Shown in pieces: positions 49,883-62,490 of a stretch of DNA of 64,000 nucleotides. The stretch lies in contig CM060732.1 of NCBI GenBank assembly GCA_030704615.1, positions 124,001 through 188,000 of the forward strand, given 5' to 3'. The position numbers and the translations under genes are program-made. The stretch's first letter is position 1; the number at the start of each line of letters is the position of its first letter. This DNA is from Takakia lepidozioides (lineage: Eukaryota; Plantae; Bryophyta). The notes beneath the pieces are model-generated. The model did no database searches. It was not told the origin of the DNA and saw only the letters and a list, made by a program, of their open reading frames with translations.

Positions 49883-50728
49883 CACTACAACAGATCGCGG
49901 TAGTTATGACTGCCAAACCGTGGTAGTCATGGTTTTCTTGACTTTGACCATGACTGCACCATGTTTTTATATGAAATTGACCTCCCGCAGTCGTTCATAC
50001 GACTGTAGTCGTATGAACGCCTATCTAAGTAGTCGTTTGTATGACTACATAGCTCGGGAATGGGCGGAAGGCTGATTAATGGCAATTGACCAGATTTAGC
50101 TCACTATTCATAGTCATTTCCATGACTACAGTGTACATGGATGAGGTTACATAGTCATGATGACTACTGGAGATTTTGTTATTTGGTGTGTATAATACAA
50201 CTAAAACACCATATGATCACATGAATGACTAATGGGTGTATTGGTTAGCAGGTAGTGAACTATAACTCTTATAGTAAAGAGGTTGCAGGTTCAAACTCTT
50301 CTAAGTACAATCAAATGGATAAGATGGCCCTAGGATTAGTAGGCGAGCTAGGGATAGCACGTGGTACCCTAGATGGGCTGCCATGTGGTTTTTTCATTAT
50401 TATAAAATGCATTATGCCACGTGGCACAATGCGGTGCGACGACGTACATATGTTTTTATTTTTTTAATTTTTTTTAATTCAATTTAAATTTTTTTTAATC
50501 AATTGCGCCTCGCCAAGTGGCGCGGCAGCGGCGACTGTAGTATGGTATATATGACTGCAGTGAGATATATCACTTGGTTCATCTGACTGTAATTATCCGG
50601 ACCGTACCATCCTGTACTCATTGTATTCACTTGGTTTGTACGACTTACAGTCATAGAAGTCACATGTACCGTTTATGACTGCAGAATAGTTATATATACA
50701 GTCATAAATACCGCGATCTGTTGTAGTG
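49883..50728. mobile_element. Complete non-autonomous CACTA element (846 bp)
   Basis: TIRs CACTACAACAGATCGCGGTA / TACCGCGATCTGTTGTAGTG; 3-bp TSD CCA on both sides; subterminal ATGACT repeats. Confidence 0.93.
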
Positions 50729-51021
50729 CCATATCAGTAACGCAGAATGCAGAACAGCGACTGGTGCATGGAACAAGGACATCTGAGCTGAAAACATTGA
50801 ATGTTCTTATTGCACTTCAAACTATAGTCTTTCAGGTTCGCTACACTTCTTTGTGTTGAACTCTTCAGTCCACTGAAGACATTTCTATTGATTTAAAGGC
50901 AATTCTAGGACGTGAAGTGAAGTTTAAGTTAGGTGTAGGTGAACCATATGCGACAGTTTTTTTTTGCTCTAATCATGGTCGTTACGGACTCACGTGTTTG
51001 TGCATTGTATGGGATAACATT

Positions 51022-53860
51022 GTCTTGCTCGCACACCAGTATCTTGAATTGTTGCCCTGCTCAGCAATTCAAGGGTACCAAAAGGCCTTGCCAGCAAACA
51101 TTACCATGCTGGGGGCGGAAGAGAGAAGCTACGCCGTGAGCCGCTCACGTGAGCAGATTTGATTAAGCGTGAGTAGATTTAAATCGTGAGCAGAAATGAG
51201 AAGCAGAGCCTATAACCGTGGGAGAACATAGGTCATATTACCGTGGACGCAAAGTGAAGTGAAATGATTGCGGAAGAGCAGACAAATGCTACAAAACTGG
51301 GATGCCCGTGCCTGGAATTATGCTTGCTTTAAAGCAAGCATAATTCAGACCACATAAACCCAAAACTTACAAGTGGCCAAAATATTATAATCTACAAAGC
51401 AAGCATAATTCTCAGAAGATATATGATGGACTTGGAAGGAATGTTTCCTCAAAACCCAAACTTACAACTCATATCTGTAGACAGGAAACAAAACACATGT
51501 AAGGCTGTGGGACATGAAGTATACTATCCCACTGCCTTGAAAACGGTACATGAACGGATTCATACACTGGGTGAGCATACATTAACTTCCTATGCGACCC
51601 GTTTTAGGTTGCGCTGTTTGAATGCACCATCCTAACTTTTGCAGATGAACTTTTTTTACATTCATTCATTCTGAGCATTTACAGCGCATGAAATGGCACA
51701 CCTGCTCCAATTTATTGCATGTCATTTGGAGCAGACATGCGACCTCTAAATTTTTCTCAAATGATAGGGGTCGGAAAAATTTATTAGGTGGAGGGGAGTT
51801 GACTTGAAATGTGGGCCCCCCTCATTGGGCCATTGAAGCATATTAGGCCAGGGATGCCAAAAATGTTTGATGCTACTCGACTTATTTGGAATTCGGTTTT
51901 CACTGATAGATCATATTGAAACTTTTCGTGGTGCTTATGGGTATTGTGAGACAACTCCTCACTGGAGGGATCTATATAATTATGGTTTTTGGGACTACAT
52001 GTTTTGGAAGAAAGCCTCAGGCTTGAGGGGTGAATATGTCAATCCTCACCAAAAGACATACAAAGTAGCCTATACAGCAAAATGGTGGTTTGATATGAAA
52101 TTTGGCATGCACTTTGCATTTGTACTATAGCTATGTAAATTTGGGGTAGCCCTTTTGGAAAATTCAAAAGCCCCTTAACATGCTTGGTTAAAGCAAATAC
52201 ATGATTTTTTCAGACCCACAAAAAAAGAAAACGTCTCCAAAATTCCTAAAATTTGGGGAGATGGTGTAGAGGCCAGGTAGGTATGTATGTGTACGGTCCA
52301 TTTTTGTGGATGAATGCTGGTAGGTGGGTAGCCTCCCATTAGTTCCAAGGGGTAGTAGTTTTTGGGAGTGAAAAAAATCACCTTGTAGGAAGTTAAGGGT
52401 TTTTTTTTCTTTTCTTTTTTCCTTTTTTTTTGAATTCCCATGTGCCAACAGGGCCTGGGATTAAGCTTGCGTCAACGCAAGCTTAGTTCTTTTTTTTTTC
52501 TTTTAAAAAAAAAAAAATCTCATGTGCCAACAGGGGCTGGGATTAAGCTTGCGTTGAGGGATTAAGCTTGCATCAACGCAAGCTTAATTCCCTGCCTGTA
52601 TCCCTACACGAACAGGGAAGATTCCTAGCTAGGGCTCAATTTTCCTTTCTCGAATTTTCGTGTGTCAACCACAAGCTTAACTACCTCACTGTAATCACCT
52701 CACACCACAGTTGGAAGAGATAAAGAGAAGATCACATCACGAAATTTAGGGATTTGCTGTGACATGAATGAAAAATTATTTTCATTCATTTCTGGATGAA
52801 ATGTAGGGGAGGATGGACTTCATCTGGCATTTCGCATTTTCGTGCAAATCCAGGATGTTCATCAGTCATGCAGAGAATACGTCATCTTTCATTCATCCAT
52901 GCTTCATTCCTCGTGCAGGCGTTGAACACATATTCGTCCAACATTTATCCACATCAAACTATTTGAGTTCCCAAAAATTAGGGACTACTACCCGCATTTC
53001 CACAACTCCAGTCGGCGGTAATAGGCCTTCTCAGGCATTGTTGTCCGCGGATATAGGCCCCATACAGTCGACATCATCCTGAACCATGAGCAGAATTCTG
53101 CTCACGGAAATTTCCGCTTTCACGGACTGGCATTCCCCCGGGCGGAAGATTTGGACCGGCATGGTCCCATTGACTTGGTGATAGCAGGGTGGCCTTGCTA
53201 AAGACATTCCCCCGCATGTCATGGTAATGGCTTGTATGATGCAAGATCGCATCTGCTCTGGGAGATGTTGCGAGTGTTGCGTGACTTGCAGGTGAGACAA
53301 GTGCAACCTCCAGCTTACATACTCGAGATAGTTCCTCTTATGGGGGACTCTGGGGCCAGGGTTATTGCCAGTGTGTATAAAATCCGGTCATGGATTGGAC
53401 CAGTTGTACTATTGGATGCATCTGCAGTGGGGTCACGGACACATAGGCCCAGGTTGTGGTGAACCAATCTTGCACCACTAGAGTTGCTCAAAAGAGCATA
53501 TGATTCTATTCAACGGCCACCCAACCTCACAGTTGAGGGCATTTTGGATCAAGGGAGGCAAGCACAGAAAGTGTGTCATGATGACCGTCCACCTTTGGCG
53601 GTGGTCAACCGAGTAGGGCAGCCACGAGTGGTCTTACCTATACTCATGAGCTTTCCCTCATCTCATGTTTTTTGAGACGATGGTCTAGGATTGATTTGGG
53701 ACAGTGTGTTACAACAATTGGTGGAGAACGGGCAATGGGATTTGCCACGGGCACTATAGCTGTGCCATCTCTATCAGAGGCATCACGCCAACAGGTATTG
53801 GGTGAAGCAATGGATCTAAATTGCTTGACATGGGTCATTAGCTTGTGCATGGGTGCGCAA
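51022..53860 (+). pseudogene. DNMT3-like C5 cytosine methyltransferase domain of a Gypsy polyprotein (51022-51122 + 53140-~53860), interrupted
   Basis: QYLELLPCSAIQGYQKALPANITMLGAE | AEDLDRHGPIDLVIAGWPC* (motif IV), YILEIV (VI), DASAVGSRTHRPRLW*TNL (VIII), ERAMGF (IX), RQQVLGEAMD (X). Confidence 0.82.
51123..53139. mobile_element. ~2-kb non-autonomous insertion (MULE-like) splitting the methyltransferase
   Basis: Flanked by direct repeat GGGCGGAAG(A) at 51113-51122 and 53140-53149. Weak inverted CGTGAGCAGA motifs near the ends; internal palindromes (AAGCTTGCGTCAACGCAAGCTT). Confidence 0.7.
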
Positions 53861-55094
53861 CAGAGGTTGCGGGCAGTGGTGGCTCCTTCTGCACTCCCAT
53901 TGGATAGTGCATCATCCCTACTAACCAGGACGGTTGAGGCAGTGAGTAGGGGCGAGCACATGATCATGGGGAGCAAACACCCATGGCACATGTGGGATGA
54001 GATGCGGAAAAAGAGAGCCTTTGGATCTCTCAAGGAGCAATATGAAGAGTGGGGAGAGCCATACACGGAGGATCAGTTGGAGGCCAAGGCGGCCAAGGTT
54101 TTTCAAGAGGTTGAGGATGTTTCTTGCGCGGAGGATGTTCTCAAGGTGATTATGGTAGAGCAAGCAGAGGCTACGCCACAGTCAGGTGGGCGGATAAGGC
54201 CCAAGATGTTGTTATTTAGCAACCAAAGGATGCGTCTCCTACCTCCAAGCCTGGTGTACCCAAGGTTGCAGTCATTGAGGACATTTGGAACCAAATGTTA
54301 GACCTACAGTCACCGGAGGAGAGAGACGGAGGATCCAGCGATTTCTGAGGGCTTACAGAAATTGCTTTGCCTTTGTTTGAAGGATTTGGGGATTTTGAAG
54401 GGCCAAGAGATTCGTAGTGATTTGGCAAGTGATACGCCAATTTCTCGAAGGCCCTACAGGTATAGTGACATGGAGAGGTCTTTGATCCAGTCACGGACTA
54501 TGGAGTTGTTCAAAGTTGGATTGGTGAGTTGTCAGGCGGGGAGTATGCCTCGGCAACGGTGATGCCAGCTAAGAAAGATATATTGTCAATTGGACAAAAC
54601 AAAGGATGTGCGGGGACTATCGTCCTGTGAACCGTCAGACTTGGTCCGATAGATATGCCATGCCAACTCCAGAGAAGATCTTTGATGTCATCGGGCATGC
54701 AAAGGTGTTTAGCACATTGGACTTGCGATCGGGTTACCATCAGCTGCTAATCAAAGAGGCGGATAAGCAAAAGACGACATTCTGGGGGATTGACCAGCAT
54801 AGTAATGATTGTTTGTACTAATGGCGCTTCCTACTATTTGGGTTGAAGAAAGCTCCTACAGAGTTTCAACGGGTCATGGATAGGATTCTTGCAGGGCTAG
54901 ACTTTGTTCGGTGCTATATTGATGATATCATCATCTTTAGTGCCACGGTTGAGGAGCATGAGAGACACCTTCAGGTGGTGTTTGAGCGGCGCTTGAGGGC
55001 GCACATGTTGAAACTGCACCCCGGAAAGTGCAAATTCTTCCACAACCAGATTGAGTATCTGGGTCATGATATACCCTGGATGATTGGGTGTTTA
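53860..55094 (+). mobile_element. Ty3/Gypsy reverse transcriptase (degenerate), downstream of the methyltransferase
   Basis: PISRRPYRYS, MCGDYRPVN..DRYAMP..FSTLDLRSGYHQ, FGLKKAPTEFQRVMD, CYIDDIIIFS, KCKFF..IEYLGH. Confidence 0.92.
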
Positions 55095-55861
55095 GCAGAG
55101 AGAGAAAAAACTCCGGCCGAAACCGGCGTAACTAAGAGCCACTTCACCTCACGGCTACTGCCCCGTTTTGGGGGTGGGCCCTATAAAGAAATCAGGTGTC
55201 CAAGGGACACCAAGTATCTACGGGATAGAGGTACCTAGGGTGCCTAGGGTATCCTAAGGCACCGAAGAGGGGTTGGATTCAAGTTTCCGCTTATTGGTAA
55301 TAATAGTTGTGAGGGAACGAAGCGTCGTGAGGTGAATTGCCTTGAAGCATTTGTAGATAGGACGGATAGGGATATGAACGTTTTTGTGTAGTGCGGTGAT
55401 ACTGGCATTGTGAATGTCACCTCTAGTTCCGGCCGTGATGACAGATAGTGGGCCGGTGTTCCAACTTTGTCGACGAATAGCAAGGATGAGCGGTGCATAT
55501 TTCTGCCATTTGTCTACGGTGGAGGAAGCGGGGTAACGATCGTGGCAGTATGTAAATTCAATGAAATGAATGGTGAGGTTTGGGGACGGAGTAGTGGGCG
55601 GGGGGGCATTGATGGGTAAGCCATGGACAAGCAAGATGTCAGGGCACAGTTTGGAGAGACAGGTGCATGGTGCGCGAGGGCAAACACATGGAAGTAGCCA
55701 TGGCGAGACAGTATGATCTGGGGGTCTGCCTTGGTAGATGCCAGCATTAATGAGTGAGAACCATCAGGTTTCAGATCGTTTCATAAGAAGTTTATGAATG
55801 TGCCAGACGGCATGGTTGTGATGAGTAATACGAAGGTTGTGGATGACAAGGTGGGTACACT
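55095..55861 (-). mobile_element. Second copy of the RLE-type non-LTR retroelement (3' part), inserted into the Gypsy RT
   Basis: HNHAVWHIHKLL..CPDILLVHGLP..IEFTYCHDRYP..KWQKYAPL..VITAGTRG. 3' motif CCGGCCGAAACCGGCGTAACTAAGAGCCAC shared with 403-470. Confidence 0.82.
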
Positions 55862-58800
55862 CACTACTGCAAATGGGGGGGTTTTAGAGACGCCAGTCTG
55901 TGCCCCGATGATGTGCGTAGCACTGAGCCTGTGACGCCACCCCTGCGGCCCCGTCGGCGATGCCTAAGCGTTGGAATCCGTTGGGCCCGGCTGATTTGCG
56001 ATGCCCGGGCGTCACAAACCCGGTGGACCCAGTGCCTGGGCCAGGTTGCGACGCCCGTACATCGCACTACGGTGTGACGAGGAAGAAGGGCCCCCAATGG
56101 ATGACGGCGCAACGTCGGTGGGGCCGTCTGCAACGCCCCGCCGTCGCAAGGTGGCATGAAGGGGAAGAGGGGGCCCCAACGTCGCCGGGAGATGCGACGG
56201 CGGGGTGTCGCAGCAGGGGGGGTTGCGACGCCCACATCCTGTTGCGACGGAAGGGGGTCACAAGGGGGGGGGGGGGGGGGGCGGGGCGCTTTATTGTTTG
56301 AGACAAAAGACAGAGACAGGGGGTGGGGACGGGGGATGGGACAGGGTATGGGACAAGGGGTGGGGGCTCTAGGAAAGGAAAATGGAAGGGCCATGGAATT
56401 AGAGGGTTGAAGGATTATTGGGATTAAATGGCCTGCCGCGACATTATGCCGGAAGCGGCCAGGCCGAAAGGTGATCAGCCGGGTCGGGCCAAAGTACCGG
56501 GGATGGGATGGAAAATAACAGGAATGAAAGGAGAGGAAATGAGGGGGGGGGAGCTAAGGTAGGGGGAGGGAGATGGAGATGGAGAGTCGGGAGAGGGCCG
56601 AGGTCATAAAAAGACAAGGGTCGACTAGAGCAGTTATGTCAGAGGGCATAGATGTAGATCACCGGGGGAGGCCGAGTAAGGTTGGAGACGACACTTGAGA
56701 GAGCAATAAAAGTTCAAAATGATTTTATGTGAATTGATATATTACAATTTACAAAAGTGAATGATGTACATTGTGAAGTACAAAGTGAGGCCGGTCCAAA
56801 TAAAAGATCATTCATCCGGAGCTTCTTCATCCTCATCAAGCTGCAAGTCTTCTTGGTAATCATTATCAATGGTCGGGTCAGCAAAAGGCACATCTGAATC
56901 ATCTTCCATCTCGTTTTCAATGGTCATGTCTTCATTTCCTTCTCCAACATCCATATCTGATGGAGCTTCATCATATAGGGTCCGGGATGCATTGTCCGGG
57001 GCGTCATCATCTTCTTGTACCCCCTCTACCCAACCTCCAACATCAGCATCATTATGATCAGTCTCTTCCTCCTCAACAATTGCCTCGCCCCATGTAGATC
57101 CATGACCATGATAGATACGTCTTCCTCTTAGCTGAGCATGCACAACCACTTTTTAATTTCTTGATCATGTTTTGTCTTGGGAGAAGAATACTTGCTCCAG
57201 GTCTGAAGGCCATGCAAAAGGCTCATCAGACATACAATGAGTAAGCATGAACCTATCTGCATTGACACTCATGAAACCACACTCATCTTGCACTAGTGTT
57301 GCGGAGGGCCCCACAAGATGTGGTTGGAACCACCTTTCCTTGAAGAGAAGAGGCTGGTACCTTGTATACTGAAGTTGGAGTATGCTCTCAAGTTCTCCAA
57401 TGTACTCGAGTTTGCTCCGCGTAGGTAGTGTATCTCTTGTGTTTGACACATACTCGTCTTGCCAATATGTGGCATACAAGCCATAATCAAACGTTGTTTT
57501 GCGCTTCATGTCAAGAGCACGAATGCGGAAATGACAACTGTGAACCCAAACCGCCGTGTATGAGGTCGCAAATTGAGAGGGGCCATTTGCAATGTCTTGC
57601 ACCAAATCTGAAACCACCTCACCTTGAGCAATCAACAGCACATCCCTTGCTCATACCTATCGTCACCTTTATGACCACTTCACCCCTTTCCTCCCCACAT
57701 TGGCCACCAATAACCAACTCCCCAAAGAGACTGTCAGGCACTCATTTTCCACTTTTGGACTTCCCATCCATCCTCTCCCAGCACTTTCCCAGGCTGTTCT
57801 AAAATTGCACATCTACCCAACACAACACCTTCTCTTTTCCCTCATTGTCATCATCTCCCCACTATCCAATGAATGTGACACCTACTTAGTCACACAGTTA
57901 GACTTTCAATCTTCCCCTGATGCCACTGCCCTGCCACAATCAGATGATCCACGGTCGCCCTCTTCCCCCACCGGGTCCATCCCGCCCTAGTTATCATTCT
58001 TGACGTGACGTGGCGCTGACAAATCAGACGTCACGACGGATGTGCGTCACGTCACGTCGAAACCGGATGTAAACCAATGTATTTTTTTACATTTAATTTT
58101 TACGACTTACTTCTACTTTCTAATCACATGGCAGTCACGGCGTAAAACACACGTGGACAGCGTTTAATTTTTTTTTTAAATATTTTGATAATACGCGACC
58201 CCCAATATTGACGGTCGCCACAATTTTTTTTTTTAAATTTTAAGAAAAAGATTTGTATGTCCACTAAGCGGCCGCCGTTTGTTTTTCTTTTAAAAAAAAA
58301 ATGAAGCGACCGCCAAATGGGCAGTCGCATCTATTTTTTATTTTTACTCATTTTTTTCTTATTTTAAAAATTTAAGCAACCGCCAATATTGCGGTCACTC
58401 CATATTAAGAAAACCATTCCAAAAATTAAATTTATAAAAAACTATTCATCTATATTTATTTATAATAATTAAACAAAACTCCAATCGACCGCAAAATTGG
58501 CGGTTGCAGCTTTTATTTATTTATTAATCGTATTTTTTAAGGGAGAGAGAGAACCAAAAATTAAATTAAATTAAATTAAAAAAGAAATTAAGCGACTGCC
58601 AAACTGGTGGTCGCTGATTTTTTTAATTTAAAAACTGGCAATCGCTTGAAATTTAAAGGAAACATAAAATAAAGTGACCACCAAATTGGCGGTCACTGCT
58701 TTTTCTTTTAAAAACAATTAAGCCACCGGAAAATTGGCTGTCGATTTTGAAATGAAGCGACCGCCTAATTGGCGGTCGCTGTTTTCTTATTTTAAAAAAT

Positions 58801-59295
58801 GAAGGCAGTAGCCCTTGTGGTGAAGAGACACCATAAGTTACGCTCCCTTCGGGAGACGTCATACTTTAAAAAAATGAAGCGACCCCAAATTGGTGGTGGC
58901 TTCTTTGTTTTATTTAAAAAAATTAAGCGACCGCCAATATAGCGGTCGCTTCATATTTTTTTAAGAAAATAATGCGGCCACCAAATTGGCAGTCGTTGTT
59001 TTTTTCAAAAGAAAAATTAAGTGACCGCAAAATTGACGGTTGTTTTTTTTTAAATTAAAAATATGAAGCGACCGCCATATTGGCGGTCGCATCATATTTT
59101 TAGAAAAAAGAAAATAAAGATACCGTTATATTGGTGGTCGCGTCATATTTTTAGAAAAAAGAAAATAAAGCGACCGCCAAGTGTGGTGGTCGCTGTTTAT
59201 TCTTAGTTTTTAAAAATGAAGCGACTGCCAACAGTGGCGGTCGCTGTGTTTTTTAATTTTCAAGAATTAAGCGACCGCCACTAATGGCGGTCGCT
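55862..59295 (-). mobile_element. CACTA/EnSpm element remnant with transposase C-terminal (DUF4216-like) fragment
   Basis: Starts CACTACTGCAAA at 55862. 57165-57641 encodes YIGELESILQLQY..LFKERWF..DECGF..DEPFAWPSDLEQVFF, followed by an acidic tail. The second TIR is not seen. Confidence 0.78.
58190..59295. repeat. Array of palindromic subterminal repeats GCGACCGCC-N4-6-GGCGGTCGC
   Basis: About 20 hairpin units separated by A/T-rich spacers, as expected for CACTA TnpA-binding repeats. Confidence 0.85.
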
Positions 59296-59959
59296 ACTTA
59301 TTCTTATTCTTGCCTATGAGTAAATCAGGGGCAGGGGCAGGGGAGTGGGTTTGAACCCCGCACCTGTCGAGAGGGACATTGCCACGCCGCGCAAACAATA
59401 GGTTGACACGGAAGGGGGGGGGGGTGGTGACAACGGGTTTGAACCCCCGACCTCTCGACACACGGGAAAACAGCGACGTCTCTCTAAACAATGGATTCAA
59501 AGCCTGAGCGTTCTGCACCCAGCTCTGTTGGAGCACTCAGAGCATCCCCACCGAGACCCGCTATTAGCCACGAAAACGGCAAAATATGGTGTCAATGAGA
59601 AAAACCACAAAAATGGAGTCCCACGGGGGCACGCTAAAACCCTCGCTTAGGTTGAGGGCACGACAAATTTCATGAGGGCCCTGAATCTTGACATGTTCTT
59701 CCAGGCCTGCTATCTCCTACACAACACAAAGTCAAACACACGTCGAGTCAAGCGAGCATGAGCGGGCATCCCACACGTGAGAGCTTGGCGAGCGGGAGGT
59801 TGAGCGGACGCGCTAGCGTGCCACCAGTGGGGAGCATTCCGCCTGCAGCCCCGCCATCTTCTCGCGGGCTCTGCACATGCCTTGATAAATGACAATTGAT
59901 GTACCCATAAAGTGTGCCACCGATGGAGAAGCTTTCATGGGCCTATCGCGATTTGTTTC

Positions 59960-61445
59960 CACGGTGAACAAACCGTTCCCCATCCAAATGATTTTATGTT
60001 GTTTTCAAACTTTGGTACCATCATCCACGTTCTACATACCATGCGACAGGTCCTGGACAAGTACGAGGTCAATGGGGTTCAAGTGGCAAACGAATAATTC
60101 CTCATCCAAATGATTTTGGTTTGTTTTCAAACTTCGCTAGTATATTCTACATACTATGTGACAAGTCTTGGACAAGTATGGCATGCATCAAAATTTATTC
60201 AAAGGGCGAACAAATGGTTGTGTATCCAAATGCATTTTACTTGTTTTCAAACTTTGGACAAATAATTATGGTGTGAATCAAAATTGATTGAAAATGTGAA
60301 CAAATGATTTTCCATCCAAATGATTTTTTGTTTGTTTCCAAACTTTGCCAGCATGTTGAATATATCATGTGCTGGATCCTAGACAAGTATAGCAAAAATT
60401 GAAATTGATTAAAAGGGCAACCCATTGGTTCCCCATCAAAATGATTTTTGTTTCTTTTCAAAGTTTGCCAGCATATTCTACATACCCTCAAACAAGTCCC
60501 GGACAAATATGGGAGCAATCGAAATTCATTAAAGGGGCGAACAAATGGTTCTCCATCCAAATGATTTTTGTTTCTTTTCAATGTTTGCCAGCACAGTCTA
60601 CATACCCTCAAACAGATCCAGGACAAGTATGGGATCAATCGAAATTCATTAAAAGGGCGAATGAATGGTTCTCCATCCAAATGAGTTTTGTTTCTTTTCA
60701 ATGTTTGTCAGCACGTTCTACATACCCTCAAACAGGTCCAGGACAAGTATGGGATCAATCGAACTTCATTAAAATGGCGAATGTATGAATCTCATCCAAA
60801 TGATTTTTATTTTTATTTTTTACAAACTTTGCCAGCATGTTCCACATACCCTTAAACACGTCCTGGACAAGTACGGGATCAATCGAAGTTCATTAAAAAG
60901 GCAAACGTATGGTTCCCCATCCAAATAATTTTTGTTTCTTTTCAAACTTTGTCAGCACATTCCACATACCATATGACAGGCCCTTGACTAACATGAGTTC
61001 AATCGAAAATCGATTCAAATGGCCAACAAATGGTGGCCCAGCCCAATGATTTGTGTTTCCTTTCAAACTTTGTCAGTATATTCTACACACCATCCGACAG
61101 GTCGTGGACTAATATGAGATGAATCGAAATTGATTGAAAGGGCCAACGAATGGTTGCCCAACCAAATGATTTTTGTTTGTTTTCAAACTTTGCCAGTATG
61201 TTCAAAAGGCAAGGCACACATGGAGGGAGCTTTAGCGGGTGGTGTTGAGGTGTATCAAATCGATGCCCATCCAAATGATTTTTGTATGCTTTGAAACTTT
61301 TCCAGTATGCTTTACATACCATCTGAAAAGTCGTGGACAAATATGAGATCAAACGAAATCTATTCAATGGGTGATCGAATGGTTGACCATACAAATGATT
61401 TTTAATTCCTTTGAAATTTTGCCAGTATGTTCAACATACCATGTC
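59960..61445 (+). repeat. ~120-bp tandem repeat array (about 12 units)
   Basis: Recurrent CCATCCAAATGATTTTTG..CAAACTTTGCCAG..CATACC..GGACAAGTA..ATCGAA..AATGGTT with ~120-bp period. Confidence 0.9.
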
Positions 61446-62309
61446 ATAACAATTGAAATAAATTCCGGCAATGGATCAGGCAGATTTACATTGAATTGGA
61501 AGACGAATCGGAGCAGTCGTTGGTGACTATATCAGTTATTGTTGAAATCGGCCAACAGATCTGCCAAGGTCGTTGGAGATGTTCATTTCATGTGGCTTTT
61601 TTGCAAATTGGCTTGCGAACGGAATAGTCGGCAACGACTATTGTTTAAATCGGCAAGCGCTTTCCATTAATGCACTATAGACGCTACCGACGTCCTTACG
61701 AACGCACAAATTCTTGCCTACCAATAACATGTTTTGCTCGAACTAAGATAATACTATGCCATTCACTTCTGTTTCCACGTGCTTGTATTTCTGTTTGTTG
61801 GAGGGTTCCTGTTTTTCTGCTCTCCCAAACTTTGCTTTCCTCATTCGACCCTCGGCAAGGAAATGCGGCGCCGCATTTCCAAGTAACGTCGTAGGTACTG
61901 GTAGTTGTGAAGTCGGTACCGACTACGGAAGAAAACCTGTCCCACTAACTATTTCACAATGTTCATGCCTTTCAAACAGGCGTGGTCGTGCCTTCGTCAT
62001 AGCAAGATAGTCGCACCGAGTCTTCAGGGAGCCGACCGTCACCAACAGCGAACCCCCCAGAAATTTCGCACGTGCGAACTGTAATGCGGCACCCCAATTG
62101 AGTCGCAAACCTTTCCCGCCGAATACCCGAAGATGACAGATTTGTGAAGTACTGCACATTTTGGTGTAGACTCTATTGGTTCAATCGTGGCAGAAGGGTC
62201 AGCTTCATTCCAATGTTAAGGCATGTAAAACCGCGGAATACTCTATACATGCCAGTATGCGACGTCCTTTTGTTGTGGTATACTGGAATTCTCGTTGCAC
62301 GGTCACTCA

Positions 62310-62490
62310 TTTTCATGAGCGGATCTAAAAAACCATGAGCGGAATTGTTACTGGCGACATATCTTCGCCGCATTACAGGATCTGGAACTTCCAAAACAGC
62401 AAGGTCAAATAAAAAACTATTATTTTTATACTTTTTAATCTGCCGCATTTCCAAATTTGGAGGAGTCCGCTCATGAAATAATAAACCTCG
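62310..62490 (-). mobile_element. Orphan MULE TIR end related to the 22395-32506 family
   Basis: CCGCTCATGAAATAATAAACCTC resembles the terminus CCGCTCATGCTCATGAAATAGCTAACCTC; repeated CATGAGCGGA motifs. Confidence 0.45.

Noticed and set aside
55113-55182. HDV-like or hammerhead ribozyme
   Set aside because: I could not build the nested double pseudoknot or find a CUGAUGA core, and it lies at the 3' rather than 5' end. Kept only as a conserved motif.
58190-59295. CRISPR-like array of palindromic repeats with spacers
   Set aside because: Eukaryotic context, degenerate repeats, low-complexity A/T spacers of variable length and no cas genes. It fits CACTA subterminal repeats.
60237-60788. Repeat-protein ORFs on both strands
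   Set aside because: Artefacts of a 120-bp tandem repeat; neighbouring units contain stops.
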